From the NCBI GenBank assembly GCA_043228905.1, contig JBHGNT010000005.1, positions 16,988,001 to 17,052,000 on the forward strand: DNA of 64,000 nucleotides, written 5' to 3'. Below, one piece after another: positions 23,129 to 33,400 of this stretch (within the stretch, counting starts at the first letter, position 1; every line of letters begins with the position of its first letter). This DNA is from Azolla caroliniana. Its lineage: Eukaryota; Plantae; Polypodiophyta. The translations under genes were made by a program, and so were the position numbers. The notes beneath the pieces are model-generated. The model saw nothing but the letters and a program-made list of their open reading frames with translations, did not search any database and was not told the DNA's origin.

Positions 23129-26100
23129 GGCAGGTGGACTCGATAGGGTTTAGCAACAGTGGTAGCAACTAACCCACAGTACTCAACTAGAGATGGCCTA
23201 CGTGATGTGGCAAAGGATCATGCATAATGGACCTAGGAATTCGATATATAATTTATGGTACACATTTATGGTGCACACATCAATTTATGTTGCACATTTA
23301 TGGCACTCATTTACATATGTAATTAAAACACTCTAGTATTTTCAATGGTAGTTTTTTGCATACTTAATTTATTAATGATGGCTTTTTACTAAAATGACTA
23401 TTTATCAATGGTAGCTTTTTGCATAGCTAATTAGCTATGTCAAGGACATAGCTAATTGTTTCCACTCGCATGCTTTCACCCATATAAGAAGTAACGTCTT
23501 AAACTTGATCGACAAGATTGAAATTAAATATATATATTATACTTGTGCCAGAGAACAAGTCTAGGACCCAATCATCTGGATTCGAGAAGAGCTCTATGAT
23601 GCGGTTGATCAATCTTTGAGGTTTTTGATAAGGGTTCACCATACTTTTATCCCTTGACACATGTCTTAATTTTTTGGTTACAGCTGGGCACATGATGTAG
23701 TTAACCACGTTACACTCATTGACATGTGCTCTAGCCTTCTTCTTTGTAATTGAATCATAGTAGCCCACACAAAAATGTTCGACCGCACTAACCATTCGAT
23801 CGCCAAGGCTACGTGTAATATTTGTTTTGATCCTATAGAGAAAGAAAATCAAGTATTAGAGGTGTAAATGTGTACATATAATAAGAAGTGTTGTAATGAG
23901 TAAAAACGAACTATAACGCACCAATGCATGTGTTCAGTGGCATGACAACGGGACTTCAAAGCTATTGTGACTGACAGTGATTGCCCCATGCTATGAAATA
24001 TGACTATCCTCCACAAGGGGGCCAATGTCAGTTCTGCGAAATCCTTTACCATTTTCTCGATCTGAGGGTACTTGAAAGGCACATCATCATATGTTGATCC
24101 CGCAATACGGAAACCATATGGTATGTCAGCTATCAGCAAAGTGTAGTGCCTTCTCGGTAACAGTTCGAGCATCTGGGATATTTCGCCATTGAAAACACTA
24201 TAATGAAGCTGTTTGAGAGGATCGGACCTATGCAAAAAACTCTTTACAGTCTCCGAATCCTCGGGCAGTTCCATTTCCTTCCCTTTGGTCATTCTCTTCT
24301 CATATTTCGCATGTTCTAAGTGTGTGATGAAGGCCGCTGGAATACCGTCATTATTGTCGTTGTTCTTTTTCGATATGATGGTTTCTGCAAGTGTCATTGT
24401 TGTTAGCAGGGAACATTAGTTTCTAACATATCAACATTCAAAAGACACATACCCATTCTCTAAATACAATAAAATATTCCTCCAATGCCTTGTAGGAAGA
24501 AGTTATTGGGCAGGCTTGTTCAACTTCTCCCATGTCGGTAAACTCAGTTTTTGCATCATCAACTCCTGAATCTTCATGTATACCTTGTGACTGCACAATC
24601 AATATGAAATTAGAAATAAGATATTCAAAATAATTGAAGACTTTCATGAAAAGGTATACTATAAACACTTACTTTTGCAAGTCTGTTACCATCTCGTCCA
24701 AACTAAATTCCTTGGCGACCACTCGAGATAGCACGGATATTAACAATCTATCATCTTTGATACCCTGTAATGATCTCCAAGGTAAAAGTTTCATGTCCTC
24801 TGCTAACTCCCCGATTACCAAGTCGCTTTTTCCCTTGGTCTTTGATTTCATCTCAACTTGTGGATCAATTCTTCCCTTTTTTTATCTTTGCCCCTTGACT
24901 TCTTTCCGCTCCCACATAGAGAATATTTTGTCTTGGAGATCCCACACCTCTCCGGTCCGAAAAGCTAGTTGAAACCAAGAATCATATTTTCGGAGACCTT
25001 CGGATTTGGTACTCTCATCCACTGCAATCCCTACTTCCAATAAACATTGGCGTAGCAATCCAGGCCACAATCTTGGACCAAAACGATTCAAGGCATCCAA
25101 GTATTCATGATGAAAAAATCTTATCCTCTCTATACATGACATCTTTTGCCTATAATCGTTGTCATTGTTATGGTCCCATGCGAGCAACTTCGCCTCCTCG
25201 TGAGTTAGTCCTGCATATACCTTACATTCGGCGTACTTGAAGAACGACGTGAGAGGATATTCTTTGACAAGTTGTCGTCGAGCTTCGGCCGAATGTGATC
25301 CTCGGATTACATAGTATGTGTAATCGTCTGCAGAGCTATACTTGAAATCTGCTACTTTTGGGCATTGTTCTTGATCAACCATTACCAAAAATGGCACCAC
25401 AGTAGCGTGAGGATTGATTTTCATTTTGCTTTTCAGGTTTAGCACATGGACGGAGTGCGGCTCCCTAATTTCCAAGGGACGTCTTCCAGTCACGGGGTCA
25501 ATGGGGGGCCTTTGGATAGAAGTAATGGGCAAATGAAATAGTTGGCCCCTCCGCACAAGTTTAGTCTTCACAATATTTTCTCTTATTTTATTTTGTTCTG
25601 ACGTCAGGACACCAGAAGATAGTTGTCCGCCTGGAGCCACGACGTCGACTTGTTGGTCGTCTTCTTCGAACTCTGATATTACTTCTTCTTCTTCTTCGAG
25701 TCGTGGTTGTTAAGTATATTTCTTTTGAACAGGATTTGTCTTCCTAGACTTTTTCGGTGGAGTTTCTGCTTCACCGGTCATCATCTCTCCTGTCACGTAC
25801 GGCTGAAGAGCTACCAACAAGTTATTTTTCGTTTGCAGGTCTTTACGCAAAGCCTTGGGATTGCAAGATTCGGGTACTAGGTTTCCCTCATCAAGTCGCA
25901 ATCGCCTGTTGCCAACTGAGCTCGAGACGTCGATTAAAATACTTGTAGAGTCAATGTCTTCGTACTCTAGCTTGGTTACATGCCCGTAATTAAATGTTTT
26001 TTCAAGCTGAAGTTTCCCTTCCTCATCCGATTTTGCCGTTATCAATAACAACACCCCATCCTCCTCGACATAGGAGAGACACCATTCAAGTTCGGGGTAA

Positions 26101-26436
26101 TCCTTATATTTCACCTCAACCGTTTTCTCCTCTTGCGTACTACCTTTGTTGATTTTGGTAGTAGCCACAAATGACTTGGATCCTCCTTCCCCCGTTGAGT
26201 CAAGTAAAATCTTTTTACTCGTGTCCTTGATGAAGGAGCCAGATTCTCGTTTTGTCGGAGATCGAATCTTCAATCTAAATGAAGGAACTTTTTGTCTGGG
26301 TTCACTGAAATTAAAAACGTTGGTGAAAACATAGAAACAACGTACAATTTTATCTAAATCACGCAAATTATCATCTAAATTACGTCAATTTTATGGTCCC
26401 ATGCGATAGTTTTTTATCGCAAAAACATCATTTTTT

Positions 26437-26620
26437 TCAACCAAAATCCGATGCAGTGCATCGGATTTGCGTTGAAAGGCAGGACCTTCAACCAAAATCC
26501 GATGCACTGCATCGGATTTGCGTTGAAAGTCCTGCCTTTCAGAATTGCTTTCTGCCTTCAACCAAAATCCGATGCAGTGCATCGGATTTGCGTTGAAGGT
26601 CCTGCCTTTCAGAATTGCTT
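26437..26620. repeat. Three copies of a hairpin palindrome in intron 1 of the methyltransferase gene
   Basis: AAATCCGATGCA-(G/C)-TGCATCGGATTT within TTCAAC...GTTGAA arms, centred at about 26456, 26507 and 26577. Confidence 0.85.
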
Positions 26621-27044
26621 TCCAAGTTCGTTGTACAAAATAAAATAAAATTTCTGTGTTGAGGAAAGGAATCTTTAAGGAATCTTTAGGAATCTTGAAA
26701 AATGTAAAGAATATTACTAACCTGACGATTTTCTTTCCCTTGTTCATGGTTCGTGCCGGAGGTAGTGCTGTCGACAATGTGCTTCTGAGTGCTCGAAAAT
26801 TGGCCTGTGCTCTGAGCTCGATGGATTCTTTCACGTGATAATGAAAATGAAATTTCTAACCTCCTTATATAGAAGACTTTAGCATTCCTTTTAAAATAAA
26901 AAATAATTTTTAATTATTTGTTTTTTAGGAAAATGTCGGAAAATAATATAGTTAATCTAAGTGTTCGGGTAGTTATATAGTTAGGCTTTAGCATTCCTTA
27001 ATTTTCTCAAAAGAAGGTTTTAGAATACAGTTAGACTCCCTCAA

Positions 27045-29716
27045 ATGTCTTCTTCTACAAGTAGAACATCTCTTTTTTCTATTGCCCCCTTTTCATTGTC
27101 AGACAACTCGTATTTCTCAATAGAAGAGTACGACCACAAAAAACATTCGCGGCTTAAACAGAAAAGTGTGGCTCCTAGTACTTCGAATTCTCTATTTTCA
27201 ATTGATCCTGTTGATGGCCCTCTTCATGCAAGCTTACAAGCGGACGATTCTTCGTCGATAGATAACAATAGCATTACTAAACCTCTAGCATTTAAAAGAG
27301 TTCCTCGACAAGTTAGTGAAAAGAGATTTAATTTCTTATGTTCTGATCGTCAACTTCTATGCGACTTGAACAAATCGTGTTGTGCGAATCTCTGTCTATC
27401 AACTTATGGAAAGTCAAGGTTACGTGAAACACGACAAAAATACTTGTCGCTTAATGGGGAAGAGCAAGATACATTTCTTCTTTCGCATATGCAACTTAAA
27501 TTGGATCACAAAGCAGGGCCTAATTCAACGCAAGTTGAATATTTCCTTGGACTAAATACCAAGTGTTGTTGAGCAGCTTTTAAAATCACTCATAGCATTG
27601 GAAATATGCGGCTGCAATGAGTTCAAGAGCGACTTCTGAAGGGCTCCTGGGTACAGTTTGATCAAAATGGTTCTTGATGTAAGGGTCAAATTGGGCAACA
27701 GGCAATTAGGTGGATGGAGGTATATTTTTCAAAACAGTGCGAAGTTATGCCAACGACAGGAAGACTTCATTTGTCAGATAACTTTACTCGAAGGGAAGTT
27801 TACCAATCGTACAAGGACGACATGTCTTCCGATGTTGAGCCTTACATACAGTACAGGCATTTTAATCGACTATGGAGGTTACAATTTAATAACGTGGTTA
27901 TCCCACGAAAGGTGCGAATGGGAGTCTGCTCAATATGTGCGAGTTTAAAAAGTATGGCCAAGGGTGGAAAATCAGATGTAGAGATCAAGAATTACAAGAA
28001 CCTGTTAAAAGAACATCGTGAAAGTCAGGCATTGGAACATACTAAGGCTATGCATCACCGACAAAAAGCGTTTCAATCTCCCGAAAAGTATATGTGCATG
28101 ATTATTGACGGCATGGATAAAAAGAAAACTTGTTTGCCGCATTTTCAAAGACTCCCCAAGGATATTGGAGATGAGTGTCTCGTGCAAATGCATCTAGTGG
28201 GTTGTTTGACATATTGTCAAACTATAAGACCGCAAGTGTTCTTAACTTATCCCAATATCCACAACGACCCTAATCTTACTATCACTGTCATGCACATGGT
28301 ATTGCAATCATGGTCAGGTATACTCCCGCCAGTTCTATATGTGCAACTAGCCAACACAGCAAGAGAGAATAAGAACTCAACTGTCTTCGGCTATCTAAGC
28401 ATGCTAGTAGAGAGGGGCATATTTAAAAAGATAAAGGTTAACTTCTTGTTGGTTGGTCATACCCATGATCACATAGATCAAATGTTCAGTAGGTTCTCAA
28501 AGAAACTTGCTCGCTGTAATGCTTTCACACTTCCCACGCTATCCAAATTGATTAGTGAAGCATATACACCAAAGCCTGAAGTACAACACTTGGAAGAAGT
28601 ATACGACTTTAAACGTTTCTGCATGGATAGTGACGGGACTAAAGGTAGGGTGCTTGCACCTCTTAATAATATAAGTTTCAACCATGTCTTCCTCATAAAA
28701 CAAAGATCGGCCCACCTCAAGATGACGGTGTTGTTTGCAAAACAATAATCATCTAGTGCACAATGGGAGCCCCAAGAAGGTTGTAGGCTCCTTCTTCATA
28801 TCCCAGATGAACCTCTACATGGTGCACAACAAATGCCATATGATGATCGTAAAAATGTAGCACCAAATAGTACTATTGATGAACAAAGGGCATATTGGTT
28901 GAGATGTCTAGCAGAGAAACAAAATAATATTGATCAGACTAAGAAGTATGCCGATGATGAGGATGTTGAATGGTGGGAGATTTTCTTCACCCATCAACGC
29001 ACCATTTTAGATAATTACATCGCCGGTTTATGGCCAATCCGTATCCCATTCACATGGAACATTGGGATGACATCAACGATATCGCAAACTCATCACCAAC
29101 AATCGAATAATATGGAGCTTCATGATTTAGTTCGGCCACTGCAAAGAGATATTTATGTGGGACCAAGAAAGTCACGTACTGTTGAGGCAAGATGGCAAGG
29201 TAATTTGCAAGAACTACAAGTGGGAATGTTGGTTGCAACATTAGCAGGGGACGATACCTTGGGCCATCCATTTTAGATTGCAAAAATTATTGAATTAGTA
29301 AGGGATAAAGAAAGTAGTCAGACAAAGTCAATAGTAGTCCACTGGTATCAGACAAATTCACCTGATGCATTTCAGGAAAGTATTCTTTAGAGATGGTTAA
29401 GGATGTCGGATGTTCAAGCAGAAAGAGAAGAAGAAAGAATATACCGAGCACGGCTACTCTCGCACTAGACCGTGTTGACATACTAGTATATGACTTCTCA
29501 TTGACAAAATCAGGTCATCTAATACAAGCAACTATCAAGATAATAAAGGAGAAAATCCCAAACATGGTGTCAAACGAAATACAGAGAATAACCAGAAGCA
29601 ATTCTCATAACCACAAAGATGTTGGGTTGGAATTGGATGAGGATAATGCTTTGATTGCCACTGATGATGAGGATGAGACGTCAGAATGCTCTTCTAGTCC
29701 ATCAGACATGTCTTAA
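27045..29716 (+). pseudogene. Transposase of the outer element (Sola1/DUF7869-like DDD), with stops and a frameshift
   Basis: CSIC and H-containing Zn-like segment; IIDGMDKKK; YVQLANTARENKN (usual LDN, Asp changed to Ala); FLLVGHTHDHIDQMFSRFS; C-terminal ELQVGMLVA...IVVHWY barrel-like domain. Stops at about 27570, 27618, 27677, 28746 and 29274. Confidence 0.82.
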
Positions 29717-30484
29717 CATATTGGTTTGGTTCAAGCTGGGGATTGTTTTACTACATGATCGGAAACTTTGTAAATTTGTTTTGGATGTAAACTCACGAAT
29801 ATGTATAATTGTAACTGGTAGACATGTTGTACATTATTTTGTAATTTTGGTGATGTATTTTTGGAGGCATTTTACTTATGCCTCAAAGTGGTAGTCATGT
29901 TGAAATTCAATATATTTTGCCACCTTTTCTAAAAAGCTTTACGCATGCGTCGTGTCTTTTTGAAAACTGCGTGCTTTTGTGCCCTTTTTCGACGTAGTGT
30001 TCTCATAATGCGACATATTACCTGTTTCAAATGACCCGGTGTTCTCTCTTTTCACATTCCATGCTAGAAGGTTTGCGCCATAGCCTCTTCTTGATTCTTT
30101 CATTTCTCTACCTATTTCAGGTCTTCAGACTACAACTAGTAATGATCATGATGTGAAAATCGAAGGATCAGAGCTTCGCAAGCTCAAAGAAGTCATGCGA
30201 GATCAAAATATTGACGATGCAGAAGAAATGAAGAAAATAGGTTCACATGAGGAAGAAAAGAAATCCCATGATTGGGAGACATCAGATTATAGTGTTAATG
30301 TTGAGAGGCAATAGTCTAATTGGATTCAAGAAGCAAAAGTTTCAAGGAAACCAAATCAGAATCTGGTGTATTTTTCTCTCTAGAAGCTGAGGATGAGGTT
30401 GTTTATGAACCGCAAGGTGTGGTTGTTTCTGAGCTACAAGTCATTTAGTCACGCATAAGCTGAGCAGGAAGCGCCAATCGACGT

Positions 30485-33400
30485 TGTCGCGTTGTTACGC
30501 GCGTGCGTGGAGAACAAGGCGGGACCACTGGGTTCTTGGACCGAGGAATAGGTGGGGAAAAGAGAGAGAGGGAGAGAGAGACATGCTCACACACGGATAG
30601 ACAAAGAAGCGCGCGGGAACGCAGCCCAATCAACACAAGAGACACAAGTTGGGCAGGAGATAGAGTATAAGAACGCGTATATAAATATATGTATGCAGAT
30701 GACTCTAACGGTTACAGCCGATCAGGTCGGCGAGACGGGTGTCGACGCTTGATCACCCACGCACACAGGGGAGCAAGATGGAGATTCTGCAGGAAGCACA
30801 CGGGCATTCCACGGAGCAGAATCAGCCTCTCGAGAACCTGCGCAAAGAAAGCTTATGGAGAATGGTAGAGGAGAAGAGCTTGGTCCCAGTCCGACAGCAT
30901 TTCGTCCCCTCTAGCGTGCGATGCCTTCTCTTCCCGTCTCCCTCTCTTTTATAGCTCAAGGAGGGAGGCCGCCTTGCCCATTTACATCACATTAATTCTC
31001 TGTCCTTTCGGACAGAGATACTCCTCGATTCTCCCTATAGAATATTGCTACCTAGGATCTGACCTTTGTGCCTACCTATCTACTGTACCACAAGGGGCGT
31101 GCCCACGTGTAAGGGCCGGTTTACACACGCTATACACGGTTTGCGCTTGGGGACGGTTTTCTTCACGACATCCCCCCCCACCTAACCGCGCATCCACTGG
31201 TATGCACCAAAATTGGGTTCTTGCTTGGAGAAAACCGGTCCTTGCTTTTATTGCTCGTTAATCGGTTCGTCCTCCGCCTCGGGCTGCTCGTCGTTGCTGT
31301 CTATGCCTCCTAGCTCCGGCTCACCGTCGTGTCGTTTCTTGAACGCTTTGATCCTCTTCCCCACTACCGGTATCGCCATTCTAGTACCGTCGAGCTCCGC
31401 GAGATGGTACATCCCATTGCCGTTGGCACCTGTTACTACGTAAGGCCCGAACCACCTCCTCACAAACTTCCGCGTGGCCCTGTGCTGATTGTCGACGTTG
31501 TTGTCGTAGACTAGCACCCAATCGCCTTCCTCGATCTTCCTTGGCCTGAACCGGTGTGTTCGGTCGAACCGGGCTTTGCTCCTTATCCTCGCTACCCGAA
31601 GTAGTACTCTGCGTTGATACCACTGCGTTGATACAACTGCTTGCTGTCGAATCTGCGCCGCCAACAGTTCCTCTCGGCTCATCTCATCCCTCCAGTCCAC
31701 CGTGGCCCACGAGGAGATCGTTCGCTCTGTTGGCATGATCAACTTCTGTCCGAACATCAGCTCGGCCGGCATGAACCTAGTTACCGAACTGTGCGTAGTC
31801 CGGTCCGCCCACAAGGCATAAGGTAATAGCCGTGGCCAGTCCTCGAGTCGGCCTCCGCACGCCCGTACTAGCGCTTTGACAATTGTCCTGTGTCCGCGCT
31901 CCACCTTCCCGTTCGCCTCCGAATTGTACGCTGTGGTGAGCGAAAGTTTGATTCCTAGCCGGTCGAACAGCTCTTCGGCCTCTTCTGCGTCCAACTCACC
32001 ATGGTCAGCCACGATCTTCCCTATGCACCCGTATCGGCATACTACGTCCTCAATCAAAAACCGGCACACGGCTGCCGTCGTCTTGTTCTACAGGGCTCGG
32101 CCTTCAACCTAGTTCGTTAGATCTTCCCGAGCCAGCACCAGATACCGCATCTGTCCTACCCCCATTGGCATCGTCACCAAATCCACCATCCACTTGAAGA
32201 GGATGGTCGGAGGGTAGGTCGGGCGAAGCTCGTCCCGATGTCGGATCACGGAGTGCACCTGACAGCTTTCGCAAGTCGTCACGAACCGATGCACGTCCCA
32301 GTATAGTCTCGGCCACCAGTACTTCCCCTTTAGCTTTTCGAACGTGGCTCACGTTCCACGGTGTCCAGCCCACGGGCTATCGTGGTACGCCGCCATCAAA
32401 TCCTCCTGTTCCTCCTTCGCCACCACTCGGAGCGGGATGCCGTTCCTCTTCTTCGGGTGCTTCCATTTGTATCCGTCCCGGAGAAAGAATCGGTAGGCTT
32501 TCTTCCGAATCCGGTTGGCCTCATCCTTTGTCCATGCCGCGTCCGTTGTCATTGTTTTCAGGAACCCGCCGATCTGTAGCCACTCCCCATTGTACTTTCT
32601 CTCGTCGAAATCGTTAAGCGTTGGAGTGCATTCCCTGCCGGTTGTTACGTAGGCCGCCTCGAAGAAGTCCACGCCGACTTCCTCGTCCTCCGAAACCATG
32701 CCGCCCTCATTTTCGAACCTCGCCCTTGAAAGCATGTCGGCCATGGTATTGTCTTTCCTGGAAATGTGTCGTACTTCCGGATTCAGGGACTTGATGTACG
32801 CTATCCACCTGAGCATTGCCAAGTCCGACGTTGCGCATCCGGAAACCATGCCAAGAATTGGCAAGAAGTCCGTCTCGATAATTACCTCTGTCCCGATTAG
32901 GTAGTCTTTATCGGCCTTTACCGCCGCCGAAACGATACCCTAGAGCTCGCGTTTAACCTGGGCGTATCCTCGCTGTCGCTCGCTGTCGCTCGTTGAGGAC
33001 CTTCGTGCCGAACCGGATCGGGAAACGCATGCCATCCTCTCCCTCTTGGTTGACAACCCATCCGATCCCAGTCGGACTCGTGTCCACCGTTACGTAAATT
33101 GGAGTGTCCTTTCCGTAGACAGCCTTGCGGAGCGCCGAACCCGCGGCAAGTGCTTCCTTCATCTTCCGGACAGACTCCGTATGCTCATCTGTCCACTCGA
33201 ATCTTCGCCCCTTTTTCAGCAACCCGTATAACGGCTCTGCTACATGAGCGTAATGCGGGATCCATATGTGGTAGAACCCGCGCGCTCCCAGGAACCTCCG
33301 AACCTCCGTGACCGAGCTGTAGCCGTCCTTCATCGAGGAGATGGCTTCTACCTTAGCCGGAGACGGTTTCCGGCCGTACAACCCGCATAGGTGTCCGACG

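Larger units (their letters stand above)
12070..23481. mobile_element. Inner DNA transposon, Sola2-type, 11.4 kb
   Basis: TIR GGGTAAAAGCATGCGAGTGGAAACA (12070-12094) vs reverse complement of 23457-23481 GGGTGAAAGCATGCGAGTGGAAACA; 4-bp TSD ATAT at 12066-12069 and 23482-23485. GRG termini with a 4-bp TSD fit Sola2. Confidence 0.92.
11687..26747 (-). pseudogene. Spliced gene: ParB/Srx-like domain fused to a beta-class N6A/N4C DNA methyltransferase (cargo of the outer transposon)
   Basis: Exons about 26747-26722, 26304-24673, 24591-24453, 24387-23924, 23833-23543 and 12036-11687, with GT-AG introns. ParB-like IREP...VPFLVMVD...YVIRGSHS...GLTHEEAKLLAWDHN; motif IV LIADIPYG; WIKTN; NPYQKP; motif I VLDLFSGT-S-TTTACALKMFRNWVALEKD. 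In-frame TAA stops at 25712-25710 and 24884-24882 and a probable frameshift near 24530. Confidence 0.85.
10923..30043. mobile_element. Outer cut-and-paste DNA transposon, Sola1/DUF7869-like, about 7.7 kb without the nested element
   Basis: 37-bp TIRs at 10923-10959 and 30007-30043 (34/37 identical, all differences transitions); 4-bp TSD CTCT at 10919-10922 and 30044-30047; DDD transposase next to the right end. Confidence 0.9.

Noticed and set aside
23499-25640. Bacterial contamination or a restriction-modification operon
   Set aside because: The MTase has phase-compatible GT-AG introns, lies within TIR/TSD boundaries in plant-type TEs, and has no restriction nuclease partner.
10923-30043. 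A single giant transposon with two transposases
   Set aside because: A separate TIR pair with an ATAT TSD (12070-23481) shows two nested elements.
30044-30480. Captured host exon in the non-autonomous LTR element
   Set aside because: The E/K-rich stretch looks coding-like, but it is short, has stops and matches nothing I can recognise.
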